A DNA stretch of 64,000 nt. Origin: an uncultured virus (IMG/VR IMGVR_UViG_3300028591_000091) (lineage: Duplodnaviria > Heunggongvirae > Uroviricota > Caudoviricetes). Both the position numbers and the translations under genes were made by a program. Within the stretch, counting starts at the first letter, position 1; every line of letters starts with the position of its first letter. Below are positions 9,764 through 19,796 of this stretch, one piece after another. The notes beneath the pieces are model-generated. The model was given only the letters and a program-made list of their open reading frames with translations, made no database searches and was not told where the DNA came from. The stretch is from IMG/VR virus record IMGVR_UViG_3300028591_000091; one strand, 5' to 3'.

Positions 9764-10474
9764 ATGAAATTTAATAAGAATAAAAAAGGCGTTATTTTTA
9801 TTTATAGAAACAAACGGAAACCAATACGAGAGGTAATAGAAAAATTTGAGCCTGAAAATAGTTATGCACATTGTTTTCAGTGTTTTCTATATAACGAATG
9901 TTCGTATTATTGTAGTAAATCTACTAAATCTTTATGTAATATATTAGAAGATATTGGAATAATAAAAGAGGAACCAGAATTTTTAGAAAGATTTTTTGTA
10001 AATGCTAAAACTTGTACTAAAAGGGAACAACCTGCAAATTCAAAGAAATAAAAGAAAAAGCATAATCTACTTAAAAAGAAAATCAAAAGATATAACAAAA
10101 AGTCCTTGTGAACTTTGCTGTCTTCTTAATAATGTGTGCCATTTATATATTCAGCACAATGGATTAAATCTCTGTGTAGGTTTAAACCTTGACCTCGATG
10201 ATTATTTTACGAGATGCTAAAATTATCTTCATTTAATAAAGAAGTAGTGAGGATTAGAAGAAATAAACGTAGGGGATTATCTTTAAAAATAAACCAAATA
10301 AATCTTGAATATGACCCTCTATGGAACAGAACTACTTGTACATCCTGTTTTTTAAATAGAAATTCAGGTTTTTGTTTATCACCAAAAAATAATTATTTTT
10401 TCTGTGACTACATTAAAGATATACTTAGAATTTCAGGAAACAAATCGATATTTTTTACTAAAGAAGGTTGTTAA
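9764..10474 (+). CDS. Three tandem small Cys-rich paralogues (9764..10051, 10002..10220, 10214..10474)
   Basis: Each has RNKR(K/R) followed by C..C.L...C and a further Cys. Confidence 0.6.
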
Positions 10475-10589
10475 AAAATACATAAAACTGGAATATGGCG
10501 CAACGGAAAAAAAATAAAATGTTTCTACCCTGTTCTAATATTTGTATTTGTTTTTAAAACTCCGATAAAATCCCCTAAAACTCTTAATA

Positions 10590-10925
10590 TTGAGAGAAAG
10601 AAAGATATGTGAAGTTATAACACATATTTTATTTTATTTGGTTATGTTTAAATATATAAAATCTTTAATTCGAGCTAACAGTGGAGATAGCTCAAAGTCT
10701 TTCGGTTTAGTGATGTCCGTAATAATAGGTTCTTTTATAGGAATTGTTATAGGGGTGATTCTTTTATACGATGGATTTTTAGATGGTACCCTAGATTCAG
10801 ATCTTTGGATGGTAGGGTGGTTTCTAATTTCAGATTCAATTTTTATTTTTGGAGGAGGCTTAAATAAAACACTGGCTGAAAAATGGTTTACTGGGAGAAA
10901 AAACCACGAACATCATGAAGAGTAG
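10590..10925 (+). CDS. Two-TM membrane protein (holin-like topology, unproven)
   Basis: Two hydrophobic helices and a charged C-terminus; true start probably MFKYIK. Confidence 0.55.
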   Translation: MRERKICEVITHILFYLVMFKYIKSLIRANSGDSSKSFGLVMSVIIGSFIGIVIGVILLYDGFLDGTLDSDLWMVGWFLISDSIFIFGGGLNKTLAEKWFTGRKNHEHHEE

Positions 10926-10972
10926 GAGATTATTAGTGTCTCCTATTCTTTTCCTCCATATTCCTTATAATT

Positions 10973-11266
10973 GTGAATATACGAGTATTTTATTGTAAAG
11001 ATAAAGCAAGAGTCGATGGATATCTTTATCGAGTAATTTGTTTAGACATAATAACAGAACATGTAAGGAGATTTATATTTACTGTACATGGAAATAAAAA
11101 AATTAATTGTATTAATATCATATTGACAAGACTAAAAAGAAAATCTGTATTTGCAATATATGCGACTGGACGAGAAAACCCTGCAGAAGGTTATAGAAGA
11201 CATTTTATAACTATTTCCCAAAATTTAAAAGAAAAAATATATGAAACAGTTAAAAATTATTATTAG
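10973..11266 (+). CDS. Hypothetical protein, probably leaderless
   Basis: GTG directly after the CCTTATAATT promoter motif. Confidence 0.6.
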   Translation: MNIRVFYCKDKARVDGYLYRVICLDIITEHVRRFIFTVHGNKKINCINIILTRLKRKSVFAIYATGRENPAEGYRRHFITISQNLKEKIYETVKNYY

Positions 11267-11519
11267 TATTCTGTTTATGGGGTTGATATTCTGTTGCTGT
11301 GATAATAGGACAGATGAGCAGAAGTATCTAGATTATAAAGCTAAATTAGAAAAAGCACGAGAAGATTCAACCAACAAGGTTAGATATCATGGGTTTAATG
11401 TTGTTGTAATTGACTCTTGTGAATACCTAATTAAAATAGATGCCGTTACTCATCATAGTTATGGATTAATGTCTCATAAGGGTAATTGTAAATTTTGTAA
11501 AGAAAATGGCAGGGATTGA
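11241..11519 (+). CDS. Putative lipoprotein
   Basis: Signal peptide ending in Cys; IDSCEY and HKGNCKFC motifs. Confidence 0.65.
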   Translation: MKQLKIIISILFMGLIFCCCDNRTDEQKYLDYKAKLEKAREDSTNKVRYHGFNVVVIDSCEYLIKIDAVTHHSYGLMSHKGNCKFCKENGRD

Positions 11520-12225
11520 TAAAACGTATGTGAAAACTTGGGAGAATTACTCACAAATTAAAGAGTGGGTAAACTCTGTAGGACAAGTAAAAGATGATTT
11601 TGGAAATATATTCTCTCCCATCGATTGGTTTTCTGATTATACCAAGGAAGAATTTGAAAACATTATAGAAGAAGAGAGAAAACAATATAAAGAATATTAT
11701 AGTGATCCAGTACACATTCAACAGAGAAGAGAATGGGACGGTGAGGATTGGGAACCTGAGCCAGAAAAGATTGGAGAAGTTTGTATTTGGAACACCCCTA
11801 CTTTCTTAGATATCTGGTTAATTAGAAATTGTCCACTCCAGATTATTCAAGAGAGACTAAAACAACAATACTCTTCTAATTATCTAGAAATTAAAGAGAG
11901 GAGGAGTTCGTATGATACCTATAAGCGACCGGCAGCTTCTTTCCACTTTAAAATTACGCGCGTTCAATCTTTCCCCAGGATTCGTGCGAAAGATCTAAAA
12001 TTATATTTTCATATTCAAGAATTAGATTGGGATTTTAATACCGAAGATGGAAAATGGTATAATGTTTTGGAATGTAAGGATATCGACTTTGGTTCTGCTT
12101 ATATTCAAAAACCAACTAGGAGAAAAATCGCGCGTATTATAAAAAAGTGGGATCTTCCTGCTGGTATTACTCTCAGGGCGTATAGTAATTATGGACACTA
12201 TTTTGAAATACTAATTAAGAAATAA
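11506..12225 (+). CDS. Hypothetical protein
   Basis: 239-aa ORF in operon. Confidence 0.8.
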   Translation: MAGIDKTYVKTWENYSQIKEWVNSVGQVKDDFGNIFSPIDWFSDYTKEEFENIIEEERKQYKEYYSDPVHIQQRREWDGEDWEPEPEKIGEVCIWNTPTFLDIWLIRNCPLQIIQERLKQQYSSNYLEIKERRSSYDTYKRPAASFHFKITRVQSFPRIRAKDLKLYFHIQELDWDFNTEDGKWYNVLECKDIDFGSAYIQKPTRRKIARIIKKWDLPAGITLRAYSNYGHYFEILIKK

Positions 12226-12226
12226 A

Positions 12227-12658
12227 GTGTGGAAAAATACTAGACTTTGGGCAACTAAGATAATTTATAATGACTCAGCAATTCTTCTTAGTCGATACAA
12301 AATTGATGATAGAGATTCAAACAATATCTATCGCCTTTTATTACGAAAAGATTCTTTTTGGGTTCCTAATGTTATTATTGGTCGTGGGTTAAGATATGAA
12401 GATGGGTCAGTTAAAGTTAAACTAGAGAAATGTGCACAAGAAACAGGAATATGGTTAAAGTGCTTTGATGACTATGAAGAATCTGAAGTACATCTATATT
12501 CATGGGGTAAACCGTCTTCAGAAAGTACACAAGTTTCTTTTCAAGTTTCAGCAGACTATTTAAAAATGAAATCTGGAGAAGGACCTATAAATGTTATTCT
12601 TCGAAGAATATCAAATAAAAGAAAGAATAAAGAGATGTTATTTGATGAAAATACATAA
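12227..12658 (+). CDS. Hypothetical protein
   Basis: ORF in operon. Confidence 0.7.
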   Translation: MWKNTRLWATKIIYNDSAILLSRYKIDDRDSNNIYRLLLRKDSFWVPNVIIGRGLRYEDGSVKVKLEKCAQETGIWLKCFDDYEESEVHLYSWGKPSSESTQVSFQVSADYLKMKSGEGPINVILRRISNKRKNKEMLFDENT

Positions 12659-12974
12659 TATTAAAAAACAAGGGGAGTCTGTTTGGTATTTAATAAGTCA
12701 TGAAGGAATTGGATTTGTTAGTGTCTTAAAGAGGGAAGACCAAGAGGAATACCAAATATCTGAAGTTAGTGTAATACCCGGAGAAAGAAGAAAAGGTATA
12801 GGAACCACTTTAATAAAAGAAGCTGAAAAATTAATTCAAGAAAACGGAGGAACAGAAGTATATTTGAAAGTGGAGAATAAAGATGTTTTAGAGTGGTTCG
12901 AAAAACTTGGGTATAGTATAATAGATAGATATAAAGACTATACGGAGTTAATGAAAATTTTAGAGATGTTTTAA
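12645..12974 (+). CDS. GNAT-family acetyltransferase
   Basis: V.V.PGERRKGIGTTLI acetyl-CoA motif, WFEKLGY; start moved to ATG 12645. Confidence 0.85.
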   Translation: MKIHNIKKQGESVWYLISHEGIGFVSVLKREDQEEYQISEVSVIPGERRKGIGTTLIKEAEKLIQENGGTEVYLKVENKDVLEWFEKLGYSIIDRYKDYTELMKILEMF

Positions 12975-12980
12975 AAATAA

Positions 12981-13013
12981 AAAAGGATAAGTTTTATGCT
13001 TACCCTTTATTTT
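12981..13013. terminator. Bidirectional intrinsic terminator
   Basis: Hairpin flanked by A and T runs between convergent genes. Confidence 0.6.
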
Positions 13014-13475
13014 TTATAATATTCCTTCAGAAACTAACCAGTCCCTAAGAGCTTTCCAATCTACGGTTTCACACCAATCACCCTTACTGTTTTTGATCAT
13101 CTTTCTTTTAATTCCAGCGTTATGATCATCTATTAAAACATCAAAATAAACTTTTCTTCCATGATCGTGTTTTTCAGATTCCCAGATTGGATTTTCATTA
13201 ACATAATCAAAAACTAACCCTTTCTTTGATAAAAATTCAAGGACTGGACTTAATAAATCAACCGTAGTATCTGATTTATTTCCGTGATTATCTCTGTACT
13301 CCACTAATTCAGAACAATATATATAATATCCATCATTTCTTTGAGTATAGAGAATAATAGTATGGCCTCTTTCCTTTAATTCTTTTAAAGTTTCTATTGC
13401 TCCAGGAATAGGCTCCCCAATTTCAGGCCATTCATCTACACAAATTGTATTATCAAAATCAACTCCTATTACCAT
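13014..13475 (-). CDS. HAD-superfamily hydrolase (BT0820-like)
   Basis: GVDFDNTI motif I, LYT.R, RKVYFDVLIDDHN. Confidence 0.88.
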   Translation of the reverse strand: MVIGVDFDNTICVDEWPEIGEPIPGAIETLKELKERGHTIILYTQRNDGYYIYCSELVEYRDNHGNKSDTTVDLLSPVLEFLSKKGLVFDYVNENPIWESEKHDHGRKVYFDVLIDDHNAGIKRKMIKNSKGDWCETVDWKALRDWLVSEGIL

Positions 13476-13996
13476 AGTCTTAATAAATAAGTTTCATGAT
13501 CTTCAAACCCAAGCTTTTTTGTGAATATCCTTTTTTGAACAGGATCTTCTACACAAATCCTAAGTCCTGATGATATTCCACGTGTTTCTGAAATAACTAG
13601 GTTTATTAAATAACGTAAATACCCTCTCTTACGATATCCATCCAACACCTCTACATAATGAATATAAGTGTGCGTTGCGGTAGATAAATAAGAGGGCCAT
13701 GTATATAGAATAACAGCTATTATCTCCTCTCCTAATATTATCTTACATACTCTATCAGTCCCTTGTTTTGAATTCTGTAAGTGAAGGGCCTCCAGAGCAT
13801 GAATCTTAGAGAGCATGCATGGAAAATTCTTTAACTTCTTTACAGTTTCTCCAGTAATATTCCCAAACTCATAACGTGGAATAGATTCTTTTTGTCGTCT
13901 CTTTACTTTTTTAATTCTCATTATTTGATTCCAAACAAGTAACAAGAATAATACTATAAAAGGACAGACAAATTTTAAAATAATCATTATATCCAT
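13469..13996 (-). CDS. Membrane-anchored GNAT-like protein
   Basis: N-terminal TM; VEV..GYRKRGYLR and KKLGF. Confidence 0.6.
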   Translation of the reverse strand: MDIMIILKFVCPFIVLFLLLVWNQIMRIKKVKRRQKESIPRYEFGNITGETVKKLKNFPCMLSKIHALEALHLQNSKQGTDRVCKIILGEEIIAVILYTWPSYLSTATHTYIHYVEVLDGYRKRGYLRYLINLVISETRGISSGLRICVEDPVQKRIFTKKLGFEDHETYLLRLW

Positions 13997-14005
13997 GCCA
14001 TATAT

Positions 14006-15048
14006 TTAAGTAATTAATTTTTTCTTTACCCTCCTAATACGATTTTCATATTCGTGGGTTAGTTTGTCTATTGTATTGTATACTATAGAATTCCAATGAT
14101 CTAAACCCTCTTCCCGGGTATTAAATACGGAAGGTGGATAAAGTTGTGTAGTGAATATTAGGTTTCCGGTCCTAAAACTATCCCCTTGTTCTACAAAAAT
14201 GACCTTAAAATATTTTATATTTATTTTTTCTAACTTAGCAAAAACATTATATGAAAGGCCACCAACAGGACCAAACTTTATCTCAGAATACCAAATAGTT
14301 TTACCAATCTCCAAATCCTCAAGTTCTTTTCTGCTAATCATTTATTATATTCTTTTTAAGAGACTTAATTTTTGTTTCTGTCTGAGATTCTATTATCTCT
14401 ATCTGACGGTTGATAGAATAATTCCAATACTCTATTCCATCATCTATCTTTTTAAAAAAGACATCATTATAATGACAATAATATTGTTCGTTCTCTCTTA
14501 GTGCGGTTCCTTTGAAAACTCTAATTGTTTTAAACATACAAGAGCTTTTAATATCAATCTTCTCTAGTTCTGCAAAAATCTTTCTAATAATTCTGCCAGA
14601 AGAAGAATATTCAAGATTAACTAACCAGACGTGATCCCCAGGTTTTAAATCTAGAACCTCTTGATTACTTAGTTTCTTCATTTATTAATCTTTTTAATAA
14701 TTTTTTCTTTTTCTTTTCATACTCATAAGTTAGTCGGTCCTCAGCCTCTCGTAAACACTGATTCCAATATTCCACCCCTTCGTTATAGTCTTTAAAGAAA
14801 TTTATATAACTAATTCGTCTAGAATTAACCCAGACAACTCCAGCAGCTACTTTTTGTATAGTATCCCCAATTTTTAATAAACGACCCCTACCAGCACTGA
14901 TAACTCTCTTTGTAGTGAACTCATCTTTACTTGTTAATTCTAGTTTTAAGATCAATCCAAAAGTAACAGCGGAGTGACTGGAAATATCTAGTCTAAATAT
15001 ATAAACCGTATCTCCTATTACTAATTTTTCAAATTCTTCTTTTTCCAT
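14006..15048 (-). CDS. Three tandem paralogues (14006..14341, 14334..14681, 14665..15048)
   Basis: Shared L..G..(V/I)(W/Y) start, G..(H/Y)WN motif and basic coiled C-terminus. Confidence 0.75.
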
Positions 15049-15206
15049 TCACAGAATATCATAATAAGATAACATAATAAAAAAGAAATCAGACTAACCC
15101 ATAATAATAAACTGGTGGGATCTAAAATCAACATAATAATATCTAAAATAATCAAAAATATTATAAATCTCTCCTCATGGATTGCAAACTTAAAAAATTC
15201 TATCAT
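15021..15206 (-). CDS. Small membrane protein
   Basis: Two hydrophobic segments. Confidence 0.55.
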   Translation of the reverse strand: MIEFFKFAIHEERFIIFLIILDIIMLILDPTSLLLWVSLISFLLCYLIMIFCEWKKKNLKN

Positions 15207-15293
15207 CTTTTTAAACGTTTTATTATGTCTAAGAAATCACCATACTTCATAAGCCAGCAGTTTATGTTTTCTATCAGATCTTCAAAAGCCATA

Positions 15294-15962
15294 TTATAAT
15301 AAGTTCTCTTTAAATCTGCCCTCTTCATTTGCCCATTCTCTAAATAACCTACCACCCGTTTTCTCTTTCATTCTCTCATATACTGTCTCGAAAGGTATAA
15401 GAAACGACCCCTCCTGTTTGGCAATCTCAGAATCAAAACCTATATCCAATCTTAACTCCCCCGATCTATTATTCAGCGCGTCTATATTCCCGTGACAATG
15501 ACCGTGTATATTCCATGAACCACGATATCTATGATTCCAGTCTAAGATAGGATAATGAGATAAGGTAGCTTGAATATCCTCACCTTTCCATTTTATAATC
15601 ACATCCAATAAATCATAAACACCAGACCAACATCCACCCCAGGCTCTCAAATTTTTTCCATCGTGGTTTCCTATCACACGGTAAGAATTCACGGGAAGAA
15701 CTGCGCTGAGATTTTTTATATCGGACGGACTCTCTTTCCAAATTAAGTCTCCCAATATGAAAAGAATATCAGAAGAACTAATCTTAGAAGATAACTCCTC
15801 CAATATCCAATCATCCATTACATCTATACTTCCAAACCTACTACGAGATTCAGGATTAAGATTGAGAATATTCTGATGACCATAGTGAAGATCTGAAGCA
15901 AACCAAATCCTTCTCCCGCGATCTCCATTATCTAGGTCAATCTTCCTTCCAAAGTTTGCCAC
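15294..15962 (-). CDS. Calcineurin-like metallophosphoesterase
   Basis: SDLHYGH, LGD, GNHD, SHYP, HGHCH. Confidence 0.92.
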   Translation of the reverse strand: MANFGRKIDLDNGDRGRRIWFASDLHYGHQNILNLNPESRSRFGSIDVMDDWILEELSSKISSSDILFILGDLIWKESPSDIKNLSAVLPVNSYRVIGNHDGKNLRAWGGCWSGVYDLLDVIIKWKGEDIQATLSHYPILDWNHRYRGSWNIHGHCHGNIDALNNRSGELRLDIGFDSEIAKQEGSFLIPFETVYERMKEKTGGRLFREWANEEGRFKENLL

Positions 15963-16191
15963 GATGCTTCTCCTTTCTTGTATATCCCTTCTTATTTGTA
16001 TGCTCTATGGACGGACGAAGAGACAATATCCTTCCATACTGCTCGAGCTCTTTATCTCTTCTAGCTTTCTCTGCTAAAGATAACATGCTCTTTAATCCTC
16101 TCTTCTTCTTTTTCATAACATAGATAAGGCTTTTAAACGTAAGAAAGAGAGAATAGCAGCTTTTCAGTACTATTCTCTTTCCTCGAGATGA

Positions 16192-18333
16192 TCAAAGTCC
16201 GGATTTTTTACTAAGTAATTCGAATCCATTTTTCTTATCTGAAGTAAGAATACCTTTAACTATAAAATACTGTTCAAGATCTGATGCTTTTGCCGTCTTC
16301 TGATAACCTAAACGCTCATATAAATTCTTTAAAGTGGATTTAATATCAGACTTAGTATATCGCTTACCAACTTCAAATATTTTATATATTTCTGAAGCTA
16401 CATCAATCGCTTTATTTGATATTTGTTTTACCCACTCTCTTTTTATTTCAGCCTCATTACAGCTAAACTGTTTTATAAAATCAGGACCAATTACTGTATA
16501 ATATTCTTTAAACTTTGGAGGAATTAACTCCAGGAATGAATCAATATCTTTTCTAGTAATTCCTTTAATAGACTCAAGCTCGACTAGCATTCTAAGCTTT
16601 TTTGTAGTATCCCTAACTCCATTAAACTCAATTGCCATATCACAAGCCTTTTGAGTAACTCCATCAATCCCTTCCTGATTTACTGCAGAAAATACTGTAA
16701 ATCTATCTTTATAGTCTATCTGCTGAACCTCAAAAGCTCTCATTTCAGATACCAACATTAGATTATTAAACACGGGCTCTAATCTAACTATTTGTCCTGT
16801 AGTCCAATTTCTTATTTCGGAAACCGCTACATAATCATCTTTATAGTGACAAAGCTTAGCTACTGTAAGATAATTTCTAGCCAAATTAAATTTATCTTCT
16901 GGTTTTGCTCCATCAAAAATTCTTAGAAGACTATTAGAGGTTTTTATTTTTTCATTTAACCTTTGATTAAATATTTCTTTCTCCAATAAATGTTTTTTAT
17001 CAGTACATCTAATAAACATGGTAGCTGAATTTTTCCAAGGATTTTCAATAAGTCTCTGTCTACCTAGTATTTGTTCCAAATCCATACTAATATCAACGGA
17101 GAGACAATTTATATTACTATCACTGAAGATAAAAGTCTTAGCATTTGTCGAATAAAAATCTGCCCCCAGGTATACAGTTCTTGTACAAAGAGTAAACATT
17201 TTATGTGGCTGACCAATTAAAGGAATTGAGCCAATTACATCATAATCTCTGGGAATAGTAGGATGCTTAGAAAGTCCCTCTGTTTCTTTCTTTAAAACAT
17301 CATTAAAAGCTTTTCTTAGTTTGGTTCGATTATCAGTTATCTGTGCACATATAATATTAACTTGATCTATATGAAGCATATTTGTTCTAATAACTTGACA
17401 AATTCCTTTTACTGAATTGAAAAACAAGACGGCTTCCCTAGATTCTATTAAATTTCCATCTTTATCAAGTCTAGTATCAAATTTATGATTTTTATAACTA
17501 TCTATTACTCTTTTTGCTTCTTCATTAAGAGATCTTGTAGTAAACTTAATATCAAGGTTTGGTTTTGTTACTCTTCCTGGATCTTCTATTTCCCAGTTTA
17601 AACGATAATAGGGTAAATTTTTAAACTCATCTAGCATCTCCAAATAATGATCTAACATTGGAGTAGCTGAAACAAAACATATTCTTTGAATCCCCTTCAA
17701 TTGTTTTAGTAACTCAATTTCTGCATCTGATTTAAATCTAGCGTCTATGAAAATGCTTTGAAATTCGTCTACTACTACTTGAAAGTTGTTAAGTATGTTT
17801 TCATATCCCAGATCACGATTTTTCTCATCATAATATAAGTGCTGAAGGCAGTCTTTAACATGTTTAAATGAATCATATGTCACTAAAATTTTTAGAGGTT
17901 TATGTGGAAAACGTGCTCTATGATTTTTTATAATTGTCCTAAATGAACTCTTAAGATTATCTAAATTTGTTAAAGTTTCTTTATTTCCCTCCACTAAAGT
18001 TGTTGCTTTTCTCTGGATTCCTTTTCTATCGTCTCCAACGTCAAGTTCATAATCTGTTGAAACTTCATTATCGTTTTGAAAATAATAAACATCCCCTACA
18101 TGTTGATCTAACTTGTTTTTTAATAGGAATCGACGAGGAGAAACCAGAATAACAGGATGAGGACAATTAATACAATATTCAGTAAACCCACAACCAGTTA
18201 ATTCTTTGTTCAAAATATGAGGAAAGTTATAATTCCAAATATCATATTCTTTCCATTTATTTTTCTTTGTCTCTGAATCAACCTCACCAACATACCTAAT
18301 TCCTTTAGGTACAATAATTTCATGTTTTTCCAT
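16192..18333 (-). CDS. SF2 helicase-like protein, copy A
   Basis: TGCGFT (degenerate Walker A), VTYDS, VVDEFQ, SATP, LGADF, QILGRQR; clear paralogue of 60135..62288. Confidence 0.8.
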   Translation of the reverse strand: MEKHEIIVPKGIRYVGEVDSETKKNKWKEYDIWNYNFPHILNKELTGCGFTEYCINCPHPVILVSPRRFLLKNKLDQHVGDVYYFQNDNEVSTDYELDVGDDRKGIQRKATTLVEGNKETLTNLDNLKSSFRTIIKNHRARFPHKPLKILVTYDSFKHVKDCLQHLYYDEKNRDLGYENILNNFQVVVDEFQSIFIDARFKSDAEIELLKQLKGIQRICFVSATPMLDHYLEMLDEFKNLPYYRLNWEIEDPGRVTKPNLDIKFTTRSLNEEAKRVIDSYKNHKFDTRLDKDGNLIESREAVLFFNSVKGICQVIRTNMLHIDQVNIICAQITDNRTKLRKAFNDVLKKETEGLSKHPTIPRDYDVIGSIPLIGQPHKMFTLCTRTVYLGADFYSTNAKTFIFSDSNINCLSVDISMDLEQILGRQRLIENPWKNSATMFIRCTDKKHLLEKEIFNQRLNEKIKTSNSLLRIFDGAKPEDKFNLARNYLTVAKLCHYKDDYVAVSEIRNWTTGQIVRLEPVFNNLMLVSEMRAFEVQQIDYKDRFTVFSAVNQEGIDGVTQKACDMAIEFNGVRDTTKKLRMLVELESIKGITRKDIDSFLELIPPKFKEYYTVIGPDFIKQFSCNEAEIKREWVKQISNKAIDVASEIYKIFEVGKRYTKSDIKSTLKNLYERLGYQKTAKASDLEQYFIVKGILTSDKKNGFELLSKKSGL

Positions 18334-18441
18334 ATCATTATAAATTTTATTAAATAACTGAGAGTCTGGGCTTTGCCACAGTCTCTCGTAAAATCAGCTA
18401 ACGCAGATTTTTAATTTTATATTTTCTTATTCTTTTCAATA

Positions 18442-18831
18442 TGAGTCGAGAACATATAATCACACCTATAAGAGTTTTAATTCTTTTGAAAAGAGTTTTA
18501 TTAATTTAAGATTAAATATGAGTACAACCTATAATGACGTTATAAATTAAAAAATAATAAAATTAGGTAGTCTTTCAATTTTCATGATCGTAACGTTAGT
18601 GACCATCGGGAACGTAGTGGAGATCATTAGAAAATCGAGAGAGTAGGGGTTCGTAGCGTAATGTAACGGAATTATTGAGCTTTAGCGAAATAATGAAGTG
18701 AAATAGCGAAGTGGCCATGGGAAGGCCCTACTCTCTATGAAAGTACTGTTTATCTTGTTATCACCATTAAGGCGAAGCCGTGGTGTTTTGTTATAAACAG
18801 TGAGAGTTATAGAAAGCAAATTCTCGGCTCA
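18442..18831. other. Conserved structured non-coding element upstream of helicase-like copy A
   Basis: Motifs and covarying stems shared with 59647..60036; flanking inverted repeat TGAGTCGAGAA/TTCTCGGCTCA. Confidence 0.7.
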
Positions 18832-18866
18832 CCCATGTTTTAGATAAAAATAAAGAAGAAATTTAA

Positions 18867-19796
18867 TTATTTCTTCTTCTTTAACCTCTTTACAAAACTT
18901 TCTCCAAGAATTGGTCCTCGTTTTTCATTATCTTCTATTGTATCTATTCTCATCCAATAGTCTCTTGTATTCACATAAACCTTACTTCCAACTATTACTG
19001 ATTCTCCTATTCCTTTTCCTAATACCAGTCTTTTTTCTATCGTAGCGCTTATAATTTTGCATTCTATTCCGAGAACTATGGCTTTAGCTCCTGGATTTGG
19101 CGACATTCCTAATATAAAATTTTCTATATTATCTGCAGTATTATCCCAATCTATCCAAGTATCAGCCTCTGTCACTCTAGGTGCTTTCTTTTCTTTTCCC
19201 GTTAGTTTCTGATATACCCCTTTACCTCCTTCCTCAATTATTTTTTTAACAGTATCTATACAAAAGGTAGGAATTTTTGTATAGAATAGATCAGAAAGGA
19301 AAGATCGATTGTCAATTTTTTCATTTATTGGAATTGTTGTCTGACGTATGATTTTTCCTGTATCTATTCCAGAATCTATCCAATGTGAAGTTAATCCTGT
19401 CCGCGTTTCCCCATTTATTATAGCCCATCTTGTGGGTTCTGGTCCTCTATAATCAGGGAGTAGTGATGCATGAATATTAAATGTCCCTAATTTTGGAAAT
19501 GTGTATATCTCTTCTGGCAGGATATCATAAGACAAAACAATTCCTAAGTTTGGTTTTTCTTCTTCCAAAACTTTCTTCAGCTTAGGATCTTTTGGGCTTT
19601 TCACTCTTATTATTTTAGAACCATAATCTAGTGCTAATCTTTTAAGCCTAACAAATCCAAGTTCTTCGAGAGTTGTAGTTGTTATTATTAATCCTACATC
19701 ATATCCGTCCAACAATAATGCATTTAAAGTCAGAATAGAAAGACTCGTATTTGTATAAAAAACTATTTTAAGATTTTCTTTAATCATATTTTGCAT
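18867..19796 (-). CDS. fmt: Methionyl-tRNA formyltransferase-like protein
   Basis: FNIHASLLPDYRG, AIINGETRTGLT, DSGIDTGKII, IDW, PNPGA. Confidence 0.85.
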   Translation of the reverse strand: MQNMIKENLKIVFYTNTSLSILTLNALLLDGYDVGLIITTTTLEELGFVRLKRLALDYGSKIIRVKSPKDPKLKKVLEEEKPNLGIVLSYDILPEEIYTFPKLGTFNIHASLLPDYRGPEPTRWAIINGETRTGLTSHWIDSGIDTGKIIRQTTIPINEKIDNRSFLSDLFYTKIPTFCIDTVKKIIEEGGKGVYQKLTGKEKKAPRVTEADTWIDWDNTADNIENFILGMSPNPGAKAIVLGIECKIISATIEKRLVLGKGIGESVIVGSKVYVNTRDYWMRIDTIEDNEKRGPILGESFVKRLKKKK

